A stretch of 52,098 nucleotides of DNA, counting the filler, from Stramenopiles sp. TOSAG23-6 (taxonomy: Eukaryota): NCBI GenBank assembly GCA_900128565.1. It is 2 parts of 2 records of this genome, joined end to end, with 100 filler letters (N's around TTAATTAATTAA, not from the genome) between each part and the next. Parts side by side here need not be neighbours in the genome. Positions count along the whole stretch, not along the records: positions 26,115 to 52,098 come from LT635989.1; 1 more part is not named here. One strand, written 5' to 3'. A program made the translations under genes and the position numbers. This document shows, piece by piece, positions 40,840 through 52,098 of this stretch. Position 1 is the stretch's first letter. Each line of letters starts with the position of its first letter. The notes below the pieces were generated by a model, which saw only the letters and a program-made list of their open reading frames with translations, had not been told where the DNA came from and did no database searches.

Positions 40840-42969
40840 TTATTCATTTGAACAAACATTTTTCATAATCCATTCACCTTCCTCTAGTGCACATGTAGCA
40901 TGCGTTGGATGCGTAGGTAATGCAATCCATGTATCTTTCTCTAGTGCTGCTGTCGCAGTAAGACTTTTATAAACAGTTTCATTTAATTTCAAAGTGTTTT
41001 TAATATCAACACCAAGTAATACTGATATTGTCTTTATCGACTCCTTCTTTCTTCGACCCTTGACTATATACCAATATATTGCATCTCCCCATTTCATAAT
41101 ATTAGCACTATCCTTTAAACTGCTTGTATTACTCATTGTTTTAGACTTACTATATGTTGAACGTTTGGCTTTTGAGCAAGGAACTTTTGTAGTTTCATGT
41201 TTGCTATGTAAACAATGACACGAAATCTCTCGAAATGATTTGTCAGAAGAATTACATTTCAATCTATCACACGAATAAATAGTCTCATATGCCCCCGAAT
41301 TTTTATACCTTACTTCAATGCCGTTTTTATTTTCAAAACACTCGCGAAATGAAGCTCTATACCATGCATTGTGAAAAATACCAAAAATCAATTCGTTAGG
41401 TACAAAATTTTATACAATTTTTTTTTGAAATTCATGATAAGAAAACATACACGTACCTTTATATTCTACCATAAGGCCCGCATCATTCAAATGTAATGCA
41501 TTAGCCCATGCAGACATACAAGAAGGAAGATTTGAGTGAGAAATACTGCTGGAAGTGGAAGAAGCACTTTCTTGTTGTGATAAGAGATTTTGTTCTTGAT
41601 ATTTACATTTGTATGACTTATTACTAAGCATATCCTCAGTTGAACTCTTCCTTTTCTTTCTGTATGACTTATTACTAAACATATCCTCAGTTGAACTCTT
41701 CCTTTTCTTTCCAGAACTTTTCTTACGTGTTTTAGAAGTTTTGCTTGAAGTGGCAGAAGAAGGTGCAGATATTGAAGATAAGTATTGATTACGAAAAGAT
41801 AAGTATTGATTACGAAGTGATTGTAATGAAACTCCAGCCTGTTTCACACTTAACCAACCATTATCAGTTTTTTTCGATGGTACAATCCTGCGCTTCGTAC
41901 ATGTATTTTGGAAAAATATTTCAAAACAAAATTGTTCGTTAGGTACAAAATTTCGTACGAAAAAAAATTCGAAATTAAAAAAAATAAAATATACATATAG
42001 CCCAGCCAGAAGGTGCGTTAAACATAGCTCTAGTAGTTTCATCAACAATTATACCTTCTTTGGTCAATGCGGCATTGAAGACAACACCTTTGAAAGTTAT
42101 TGTCAGTGCTTTTGGACCTGATAATAAAATCCCGGATTTGACAAGATCTAGAAGACTACATGTATTTTGGAAAAATATTTCAAAAAAAAATTGTTAGGTA
42201 CAATTTCGTATGAAAAAAAATTGGAATTCGAAAAAAAATAAAACATACATGACTTTGAGGAGTTTTCATCTTCAATATCAGATGAATCAATAGCCGAATC
42301 AGTCGCCGAATTAGATGCTGAATCAAATAAAGATTCATCGGAATTATGATTTCGTTTGTTAAACTCTTCTTCTTCACTTCCAGAAGAAGTATTTGAAAAA
42401 TCATGTTTTTGGTATTTATTGTAGTAGATTTGGCGAGAGTTACGTATTTTCTGAACATTTTTCGCTGAAGGAACATTTACTTGACCTCGATGCCTCAATA
42501 GAATTCGAGGAAATATCTGAACATTACCATTTGGAAACTCCAACCAATCGGCAGTGTTGTTATCATAATCGATCAGAAATATCAATACGTGTTGATTTTT
42601 TTTATGTTGCTGATTGTTTGTTAGGTATGGATTTTTTTCAGCAAATGGAGATAAATTAGGTAAATCCTCTTGTAATAAAACCAAAGTTTTTCCCACATCA
42701 GATTTCTTTATATTGTAATACAACTTGATGTACCCCAAAATAAGTTGGTTGTGATATCTGACTTGTACTCTCCTTCCAATAAGGTTAGGAAAATTATTCA
42801 TAATAATCTGAGATTGATGAGGGTGAGCATAAGAATGAACTTGTCGAGAGTTATTCTTTATATGTCTAACTCTTTCCGTCTGACCATCTCTTTGAGTATT
42901 GTTACTGATAAGTTGGCCAGGTTTATCGGAATTTACGCCAATTGCATCAGGAAGAGAAAATGCTCTCAT
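40840..42969 (-). CDS. Putative chromatin protein: Tudor-like, RAMA, Tudor-like and LysM-like domains; exons 42969-42249, 42159-41995, 41900-41451, 41363-40840
   Basis: Spliced product reads LLDLVKSGILLSG..LTITFKG..FNAALTKEGII..FNAPSGWAICTKRRIVPSKKTDNGWLSVK (MPND-type RAMA), then VEYKGTWYRA and SIKTISVLLGV....LKLN...L.....L......LP. Confidence 0.72.
41364..41450 (-). other. GT-AT intron (87 nt; alternative in-frame donor at 41456)
   Basis: GTATGTTTT...GTACCTAAC...TTCACAATGCAT; removal gives KGT-WYRA. Confidence 0.78.
41901..41994 (-). other. GT-AT intron (94 nt)
   Basis: Removal corrects the frame inside the RAMA domain. Confidence 0.85.
42160..42248 (-). other. GT-AT intron (89 nt)
   Basis: Removal corrects the frame before the RAMA domain. 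Confidence 0.85.
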
Positions 42970-43357
42970 CTCAAGTGACAATAGTGTTTTTTTCGAAAGT
43001 GGTGAAAGAAGAATCCATCAACAACAACGAAAAAAAATCCGCTGTTATTTTTTTCAAAAACACGAAAAATTCAGATTTTTTTTTCATGTTTTCCAAGGTT
43101 GAACATTTGAAATGATAAATATTTTTAAAAACATCATATTTTCATTAATTCTATTCCGATGGCAAAATTTTTCTGAAGCAAACGCTGATGATGATGAAAC
43201 TGTAGTTCATTTAGATATTCTATGTTTTGAAACTTAAAGTAGTGAATTAACAATGAGTCACTTGAATGAGTCCTCTTATTAAATTTCTACAAATTCAATT
43301 CAATTTTGAAAATAAACAAGGAATATCTATTTATTATGTACGATGAATCAATTTCAT

Positions 43358-46247
43358 TCAATTTTGGCTACTACTACTACTACTTCCCATTCTGAACATT
43401 GATGCAAAATTAGCTGCTGTTGCTGCCGCAGTATTCGTATTAAATCGTTGTGAGAGTTCTGCGGCAGCATCGGACACAGTTCCTGTAAGACTTGTCGGTT
43501 TATACTCGAGACCCATCTTTTCAATAACTTCCTGTTGATCACTTTTCTTCTCACCTTTTAGGGTCATAACACGTTGTAAATCTGCAGCGGTGCCACCAAC
43601 CCATAAAATTTTAAAACTTTGAGGTAAACGTTCCAAAGGAGTCCCGATTAGTTTCAGCAGCATGACGGCTTTATTCGCTTCTTTATTTGCATATTTACTG
43701 AATGTGGAGAGAGATCGAATCATCGTAGCTTTTTCATCAGATTCTAAGTCTGAAGTCGGAACAGAAAGAAATGATGTTTTAACAGCATGTGTATCGAGTA
43801 ATAGTTGTTGTGCAGCCATTTCACTGATGCGTTTACATTTGAAGATATTTTGTGTAAATCGCGGTAAAAATAAAGCTGCGAAACGATCACAGAAATTATT
43901 AAAGTAAATCGGTCCAGATAGCGCAGAACGAATGGGTATCACTTGTTCCCGAAGTATTTTTGATATTTCAACCACATAAGGAGACTGGTCGCCAACATCA
44001 ACACATGTATTTTGGAAAAATATTTCAAAAAAATCGTTAGGTACAAAATTTACTATAAAAAAAAATTCCGAAATTGAAAACAAATAAAACGTACATGTAC
44101 CCCACGGCATTCGATGCATTGCAATGAGAGAGGGTTCTAATTTAACGACACAACCAGATATTTATTGTGAAAAAATATTTTTAAAATTTGAAATTCATTA
44201 GGTACGGAATAATTTAACAAAAAAAACAAATAAATAAAAATATGAAATTCATAAATGTAAAACGTACACTAGACACTTAATCGCTGCTCCAATGACATCA
44301 TAAAATGCATCGGGAGAAATATCAATATGTATTTTGGAAAAATATTTCACAAAAAAAAAATTGATTTTTGTTAGGTACAAAATTTCGTATGAAAAATAAA
44401 TTAGAAATTGAAAAAAAAATAAAACATACATGTTCCTCAAATACTTCGTCGATTTCATCTTGTAGCAACTCTTCTAATTGGGGCGAAGTCTCCGCACAAT
44501 AGGCAGCTGTGTTTACAATAAAACAAATCCAGTCACGAGTTTTATCATCTTTAATAACAAAATGATCTCCTAAAGAAGAATTAAATTGAGACTTTGGAAG
44601 TTTTTCACTTAATCTTTCAGAATATGTTGCTAAAACAGATTTAATTTCCTTTTGAAGTAAAAATAAAGTTTGACCATTAGAAAAATGAACACAACGTTCG
44701 ATTGCTTTTTTGATATATCGAAACAAAACTGCCGCAGATTGTAAAACTCCAATGTTACCTGATGTCATGTTTTCTTCTTCTTCTGACATAGCCTGTTCCA
44801 TAATAGTAATCATATTAGCCTTTTCAGCTTCTACATATTTTGACAAATATGGTTGAAATGCTGCGCTAATTATGCCTTTAAACTTTTTCAATTGTATTTC
44901 ATTATTTATATTATCTCCATTTTTTCCATTGAGTGACGTAGCACTCCCAAGTGGTGCATTAGAGGTGTCATCAAGACCATCATTAAAACGATTTGTCTCT
45001 CTTTTCTCTTTTTCTTTCTTTTCACGTTCGATTCGTTTGGCTTCAGTCCTCTGTTTTTCATATTTTCTACGAATGCCTTCTGCACTATTTGGATCAATTA
45101 ATTGACCATCATCATCAAATTCTGGACCACCTCCACCACTACGATTTGTTGAATCATCAGAATCTTCAATTTCTTTAAAACGATCACATAACATACGTTC
45201 AAATGATTTGGTTACACGAAGATGATGCATTAATAATTTCACATGCAAATCTTCGTTCAATAAAGAATTCAATTGAAGCCGCGTCGCTTCACAAAATTGA
45301 ATACAAATGCGCCGACACATTTGCCAATTTTGGGGGAAAACGTCAGCTAAATGTTTATCAAAGATCTTGAGAAGTCGTTTAAACCATTTAAAACGTCGAT
45401 CAACTGCAGCTTCTTCAGTTAAAATATAACCTTCGCCACCTCTCCCAAATAATCGATTATATGGACGAAGTTGATCTTCATAAAATAAGCGGATAAGTCT
45501 CTTTTGATGTGTACCACCGATTGATTCAACTACGAGGCAAGCATCACGTAGAGCTTCAGGGTCTATACCAGCTAACTGAGGATTATCTATAATTGCTCCA
45601 ACTTCTCGAAATTGATCAAATATTTTCTCCTTTAAATCTTTTTGAAGCTCTTTGACGACACCACATAACTCAGCCACCTTTGGTACATCCGTGTATGCTT
45701 CAAAATATGATGCTAATGATGTTACAGCACTCACCAGGTACGCTGCACGGTTATATTCTCCAGTCTTTGACATCTTTTGGAGTTGGTCAATGGCAGTCAC
45801 CCACATTTGGAGCTTCTTCAGGGATGCAATTGTCGTAGTCAAGTGATGCTTTGCGGAATCTAATTGTTTAATATCGCGGCATATTTCTTCTACCATTACT
45901 TCAGACTGCTCTGCTTTTGACTTGATATCTTTTATTTTGTGCGAAAGCTGCAGGATAGACTGCTTCGCATCATCTACATCACGTGAAGTCTGCTTTGAAG
46001 CAACAGCCTGTTCTCTAATTGCTTCAAATATTTCCTCATCTAAATTTTGTATTCGATCATTTAAATCTACAGAAAATTGATCAATGCGTGAAAGGGATAC
46101 TTCATCTGGAAATTGTGTGTTCAAATACGCAATAGGATCAAAGTCAGCACAATCTAGAGGGTCGTCCGAAGGAAGCACGTCTGCGATAGCTCGTTCTACA
46201 GCATCACTGAAACGGTCACGATCAACTGGACTCTGAGATGCTGGCAT
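43358..46247 (-). CDS. VPS53: Vacuolar protein sorting 53 (GARP/EARP subunit); exons 46247-44430, 44326-44268, 44159-44095, 44004-43358
   Basis: DPLD..DFDPIAYLN..FP, IKSKAEQSEVMVEEICRDIKQLDSAK.HLT, NTAAYC.ET, VGDQSPYV, AQQLLLD. Confidence 0.95.
44005..44094 (-). other. GT-AT intron (90 nt, in frame and stop-free)
   Basis: Removal restores W-x5-VGDQSPYV. Confidence 0.85.
44160..44267 (-). other. GT-AT intron (108 nt, diverged copy)
   Basis: GTACGTTTT...CCGTACCTAAT...TTCACAATAAAT; removal gives CLV-SGCVVKLEPSLIAM. Confidence 0.82.
44327..44429 (-). other. GT-AT intron (103 nt)
   Basis: Removal corrects the frame (EEH-IDISPDAFYDVI); no AG occurs within 35 nt downstream. Confidence 0.88.
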
Positions 46248-46401
46248 ATAGGCCGCCAAGGACACAACAGTATTGTGTTTGTAATATCAATGTGGGAAGC
46301 AGTGCAAATTGAATTGGTATTTAAGTCTGCCTAAAATTCCAGCGAATGATGAAAGCGATGAGACGAATTAAGATGTCAACACGACGACTTTGACCCACGG
46401 G

Positions 46402-46414
46402 AACCCTAACCCTA
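46402..46414 (+). promoter_or_regulatory. Telo-box-like AACCCTAACCCTA in the VPS53/DUF1330 divergent promoter
   Basis: Same motif as at 11908. Confidence 0.4.
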
Positions 46415-46561
46415 GCCTAGCGTGTCTATCAAGAATTTCAAAATTCATGATGGCTGTCATAAAAAAAACACTTTCGATTTCGGCAAGAGCAAAGCTTTGC
46501 CTTTGAGTTGTTCAATTTAAATTGGATCATAAAGTCGTGATTACTTCATATCGGAAAAAGA

Positions 46562-47200
46562 ATGCCGGAGACTTATCTTGTAGCGTACTTAAAAGTGACT
46601 GGAAATCTTGAAGAGTTCAAGACAGAATATGCAGCAAAAGTACCAAAGACTTTAGAACCCTTCGATGGACGCTATTTGGCAAAAGCTCTCCCTTTGAGTA
46701 ATGCAAAATTTTCTGAAGGGACTACTGCAAAGGACTACACGTTGTGTGCAGTACTTGTATTTCCAAGCAAAGAAAAAGCTATGGCATGGAAAAGTAGTGC
46801 TGCGTATCAAGCTATCCTTCCTGCACGAAAAGCAAATACTCAAGGTCCTGTCGCCATTGTCGAAGGACTTGGAAATGAATCCAAGCTGAGTGGTAAGGTA
46901 AAGGCAATTCTTGTCGCTTTCCTCAATGTATCCGACATGGACACTTTCAAGCAATATGCAGGTAAAGTCCCAAGCACGTTAGAACCGGTTAATGGCCAAT
47001 ATTTGGTCAAAGCCTTGCCTCTTGACAAAACTGCTCTTTATGCGGAGGGTTCGGAAAGTTTTACTCTCGCAGCTGTACTTGGTTTTGAAAGTATCGAAAA
47101 AGCTATGGAGTGGCACGACTCTAAACTTTATCATGAAGAAACTTTGCCTCTGCGCCTGAAAAGTGCTACTGGTCCAATGTGTATCACTGCAACGCTGTAA
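46562..47200 (+). CDS. Tandem DUF1330 (dimeric alpha-beta barrel) protein
   Basis: Two repeats of YA.KVP.TLEP..G.YL.K..F.S.EKAM.W..S..Y....P.R. Confidence 0.85.
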   Translation: MPETYLVAYLKVTGNLEEFKTEYAAKVPKTLEPFDGRYLAKALPLSNAKFSEGTTAKDYTLCAVLVFPSKEKAMAWKSSAAYQAILPARKANTQGPVAIVEGLGNESKLSGKVKAILVAFLNVSDMDTFKQYAGKVPSTLEPVNGQYLVKALPLDKTALYAEGSESFTLAAVLGFESIEKAMEWHDSKLYHEETLPLRLKSATGPMCITATL

Positions 47201-47447
47201 TTGAAAGTGATGATTGAAACAATTCTACTAAAACGATAATCACAGTAACAATTCGCTAAGCAAAAATGTCCAATAGCGATGGGATACACATAAAATTTTG
47301 GATATTTTTTAAGTTTCGAATATAAAAATGTAAAATTCCTCAAATGATTGTTTTATTATTTTTGAATAATAGTATTATTCTAATTAACAATATTTGGTAC
47401 ACATTTGAATGTTTTTCGTCTCAAATCTTTAATAATATCTTCTGATA

Positions 47448-50400
47448 TTACAAGATAAACATTAAAATGCAAAAAGTTATACTCAAGAAGGACGCCAATT
47501 CTTTTGATGAAGCTCCACTTGAACCTAATGCCATCGCATGTACATTTTCAGCAGTTACAGTTGGAACTAAACCATTATTGACTTTTGCCGATAACAATCG
47601 ATCTTTCGTTAATGCTTCCATCTCTTTTCCCATCAATTGGAGTTCATTTTTTTCTGATTCGTTAGCAGTCATTTGTACAGTCATATCTACTTTGAGAGAA
47701 CCATCGTAAATTTTCACCCCATTTGTACCATTTTTAACAGATAGTAAACCTCCCGATTCAACTGCAGTCACAATTTCACTCTTAAGTTTTGCAGCGTTAA
47801 CACTAGCATCATATTCCATATTGTATTTAAGAGTTATATCAGCACTAAATGTTGCTTTTGCATTCGGTTTAAGTTCTTTTTCTCCGCCTTTGCTGGTATC
47901 ATCTTTTACGGTTACGTCTCCATCTTTTGTTTTGTCATTCGGTGTTGGAGTTTTGTCATTCGGTGTTGGAGTAGGAGGGCTAGTACACGACGTTTTCTGT
48001 AATAACCAGTTGCCATCTGTATCACATTCCCTGGTAATAGCACCGCTTTGTCCAGAAGGGCACGCTATTGACGCTGTTTTGCCAGCTTCAGTGGTTGGAA
48101 AGCCATCAACTGCATTGCAATCAGGGGACTTCGGGGGAAGACCAACCTCCATATCACTCTGTCTCTTTACAAAGATCCATCGGCCTGCAGATAAACCAGT
48201 TGCGCAGAGTAAACCATCTTTTGTCGTAATAGTCGTCTTTATAGGAACACCAATGACACCCGATTCAGTAGATTGTGCAACATCGAGAGTATCAAATTTT
48301 GTACAAATCTCCTTATCAGGCACATCAACTTTCCTACACAATAATGTGCTGGCCCCTTCTACTTCAGTTTTTACAAACGAGTCATTTAGAGTTTGTCCAA
48401 TGATGTGCCCTTTAGCATTAGGTACGTTAGCCCATTTTTCACACGCTTGATATTCAGATGGCATAAGTCTTCTTCGTGTACTTAGGGGTTTTGTATTATA
48501 AAGACCAAGACCAAGTTCAAGGTTTTCAACAACACGTGTTTTGTCTCCACTTGAGCAACTTTTTGTTGTGCAACCACCAGGACATGAAATACGGACACTT
48601 GCATTAGCCAATTCAAATCCACTCGACGCTATACTTTCACATAACACAGTTTTTGACTTGAGTACAACATTGACTACTCCTTTTTGTTCTTGAACTTTGT
48701 CACTTCCAACACCACACGCATTTGCCACAACAGAAATCGCTGCAACGTTAGGAGCCGTATGACATTGAATTTGACGTTTATACATTTCATTAAATACGAC
48801 AGCAATTCCATCATCAATTAATGCATCCATTTTTCGTCTATCAATATCATCATCCACAACATACTTTGAAGTGTACTCTCTCTTCATCCATTGTCCCCGT
48901 CGAACTTCACCTGCAGTTGTCCACTTACCTGGATACCATTGTGCTCTGGGGTACCACTTTTTATCTGAACATTTACTTGTATTTTCACAGTCTGCTTTGC
49001 TCAATCCGGTCTCGGTCCAATCATTGTGTTTAGATCCACATGTACCTCCATGGGCATCACACGATACTTTATCGTTGGCCTCTTTAATCCATTTGTGATT
49101 TTTCATTGCTTCGCATTCTCCTTTTTTATACACTGGAGCATGGCAACCAAATTTATGTGCGTAATCGTAAGTACTGGCATTATGATCACCATTCAGAAAA
49201 ATATTACGACAGGACTTGCGTCGGCCAGTTTCATCGGGTTCATATGGAAGTATACACTTACCACCACGTACATCCCAATCTGTACATTCCCCTTGCTGAG
49301 TACATTCGGCTTCAGTTTTACACGATGAATGTCTGTAGAATTTACACTGCATCAAACGTGACATTTTGGCCTCCGTGACAGATAATGTATGAAGTGACAA
49401 TACTGCATCTTTGTGTTCATTAATACAATCTTGATCACTTGTTGGAGCAGATGTCATATTACGTAAAAAACATGTTTGTGTCCACCAATCAAAGTCACCT
49501 TTAGCAGCATGACATGAAGTATAATCCGTCGCCGATTTAACTTCACATGAAACTTCACATTTTCCACGGTCAGACTTACTATCTTTACCTGATAATGTGC
49601 TACATGAATAAAATGTCGCCGCTTCCTTTTTGCATACTGCTTCACCTTGCTCATCATTAAAATCAAAATCGCGAAGCAAGCAAACCTTTTCGGTATCATT
49701 CCATTCATACTTTGATGTGCAATCATTTTGAGATTTATCAACAACACACAATGACTTTTTAGCATTATACGAAGTATAATTGTTATGACATGCAGAACAA
49801 TGCCTGTTGCAACTTCCAGAATCTTCACCAAGACATTTGGCATTATAATCCCTACCCTGATTCCTCCTGTAACAAAGGCCTTCTTCGCATGCTTGTTTAC
49901 TGTCGTTGTAACCTTTATAATGAGTTCGACCTTCCCACCATTGACCAGCATTTTTTTCACAATTTGCTTTGTTCACGTCAGTTTTGCTATGACTCCTAAA
50001 CACAAGACACAAACCAGCCCCACTAGCATAGTTGCTGTAAAAATAAAGACCCGAAAACATTGGGATAGTATTATTAGCAGTTTTTAATGAATGACACTTA
50101 TCGTTATCGTTCTTATCAGGAAAGAAACACATGGGTTCTCGACATTGATGATGGTCTCGATTTTCATTATGATCAACCGGCAGAATGGATTCGTTTGGTT
50201 CACATTTCACTACCCACTGGTTCAATTGTTGCTTTGTCTTTGTGTCACATGTTGAAGTATCACATTTCTTAATATGCTCACAATAAGCCTTTGAGTCTGT
50301 TTCAATATGATGAAAATATCCTGGAAACTTTGACGATGCATCCTTAAAACATGCTTTAACACACGTAGGTGGGTATGTCGTATTCCTACGAGGTTTAGGA

Positions 50401-52048
50401 CATACTTCTGACGGTAAACATTTTTGCAAATTCCTCTTATCAGGACGCCCACAAATGTTTCTACCATGTCTTGACAGTAAAGTAGATTTAGTAGTGAGAA
50501 TTTCTGTCTCAACTTTTGTCCATGCACTATGACCATTTTCCGAACAAGTGCACCCTCTATTTTTATTCCAGTAGCATCTCTCAATTACGCATTGATCTAA
50601 ATCCATGTCTTGTTCACAATTACCACCTCCACAGTATTGCCCACAAAAAAAGTTATCACCATTAACATCAGTTACACCTTCTTTTTTGAAACATTCATCT
50701 TTTGTAGTTGGTGTCACTCCATTATCTCTCCAATTACAGTTCTTTTCTAACTCGCACAATGAGAGATTGGCCTCTTGCCATACATGTCCATTAGAAGTAT
50801 AAGCATAACCAGACTTAAGTCTATGAAATGTACCAACTGATTCATTTACATCAACCCATTTGTAATCAAGATCTTTTTGACAATCAACCTTTGCATGGTT
50901 CACATACGTCTCACCATTTTTTGCTTTCGTAGCAGTTGGTACACAAAACGACAATTTCTTTACAGCAGTATCGCAACTAACAATCATCTCTGAATCAAGA
51001 CGATTTTGCGCCGAATCACCAAAATGATTTTGGCCTACTTTACAGTAACTTTTCTTATTTTTGTCATCATAGAGAGAGGTCACTGTAATGCCATTCATAG
51101 CTTCCAATGCTTTGCATTGTTCTTCTGTTAGAGGGCCTGTTTTCAAATCAATCATACACACACCCTGTTCATGCATGTATCCACTACCAACACAATTTTT
51201 CATTGTAACCTTTTTCATCCATTTTTGTTCTGCACAGTAGTAATAATCGCTCGGTTTTTTTATCAACTCTGTTGCTTTCGTCAAATCCGAAGGGCAAACT
51301 AAACTTTTAGAAGTTGGAACATCGTATAAACCTGCCAACAGTCCACTAGAATTCACAATTTTACTACTGAATCCTAAATCATCTGCAACATAATCCCAAA
51401 CGCCCGGATCTTTCTCAGTGCCATGAGGAGCATTTTGTACCCAACATTTAAATAATGCTTTTGCTGCAGCTGATCCACTCATTTGCGTACATTGTTTCTT
51501 GCTATGATTGTCAGAGCATACTCCAGAATAACAATCACTCGATGTTGTGCAATCGTCTAAATTTGCCTTTGTTTTACCGTGATATACAGCCGATTGACAT
51601 TCATTGACAAATTTCCTTGCTGCGTCAATGTCGTCCTCTGATGCATTTTGCTCAACTTCACTATCGCAGTTCATATCACCTGGAATATTTTTCAGGTACA
51701 TCTGTTTACCGTAATATTGAATAAAGGATTTTGCTTTTTCATAATCAGCACCACATCCTCCAGGTTCAGTCTTTTCTTTTTTTGCAATTGCCGTCGCTGT
51801 ATCAGAAAGCACACAATCATCTTTACCTGGTTCACCACCTACTCCAACAGAACACGTGTCAGTGTGAACACCCACTTTTTCTTCTCTGACGCAACATTGT
51901 GTCCACGCAGCAATTTTGCTACAACAAGGATCCTTGTTGAATTCGGCTTTTTTTGCTGGATCATTTGGATCTATTGTACAAGCCACTGAATTGGGTAGCG
52001 TAACGGTAGTCGTTGCAGGTGTCAAAAAGGAATCAAGGTAGTGTAAGC
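47448..52048 (-). CDS. Large Cys-rich extracellular protein with a hormone-receptor-like (HRM) domain and a GPI-like/hydrophobic C-terminus; last exon, 5'-partial
   Basis: More than 1500 aa with many Cys; RRRL site; C.AVDGFPTTEAG.TASIACP.GQSGAITREC..DGNW; hydrophobic tail. The frame stays open back to the intron acceptor at 52049. Confidence 0.8.
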
Positions 52049-52098
52049 ATGTATTGTGAAAAATATTTTTTTTTTTGGTTTAAAAAAATCGTTAGGTA
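52049..52098 (-). other. Repeat-family intron, 5'-truncated, ending ...CACAATACAT
   Basis: TACCTAAC...TATTTTTCACAATACAT on the minus strand. Confidence 0.8.

Noticed and set aside
2799-44431. Reading the introns as U12-type AT-AC
   Set aside because: Possible for some copies through junction ambiguity, but not for 20724, 26169, 39749, 41450 or 44267, and the U12 donor ATATCCTT is absent.
47821-48450. 209-aa ORF on the + strand and other short antisense ORFs
   Set aside because: They overlap longer, motif-supported genes on the opposite strand.

Overview
AT-rich, gene-dense eukaryotic DNA, probably from a protist, using the standard genetic code. It has about 20 protein-coding genes and one 100-nt N gap with an artificial stop-codon linker. 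Main result: every intron I can identify belongs to one family of related 87-108 nt sequences (17 copies: 14 complete, 3 cut by window ends or the gap). All lie in the sense orientation of their host gene. They have a GT donor (one GC), an internal palindrome abutting a CCTAAC branch-like motif, and end in AT (...AAAATACAT or ...CACAATACAT) instead of AG. Removing them as GT...AT restores the reading frame and conserved motif spacing in USP, Ulp1, VPS53, RAMA and other domains. I found no GT-AG intron. The left ~10 kb looks like a large Mutator-like (MULE) transposon: its transposase is fused to USP deubiquitinase, PHD and Ulp1 protease domains, and it faces a convergent gene with AlkB-like dioxygenase motifs. 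Other genes include TMEM184-like, two tandem ABC half-transporters, a DOT1-like methyltransferase, USP, RPC31-like, PIG-G-like, mitochondrial L28, an ankyrin/RelE-like/SF1 helicase, Sel1-MYND, a RAMA/Tudor/LysM protein, VPS53, DUF1330 and a Cys-rich surface protein. All domain calls are by eye from motifs; no searches were run.
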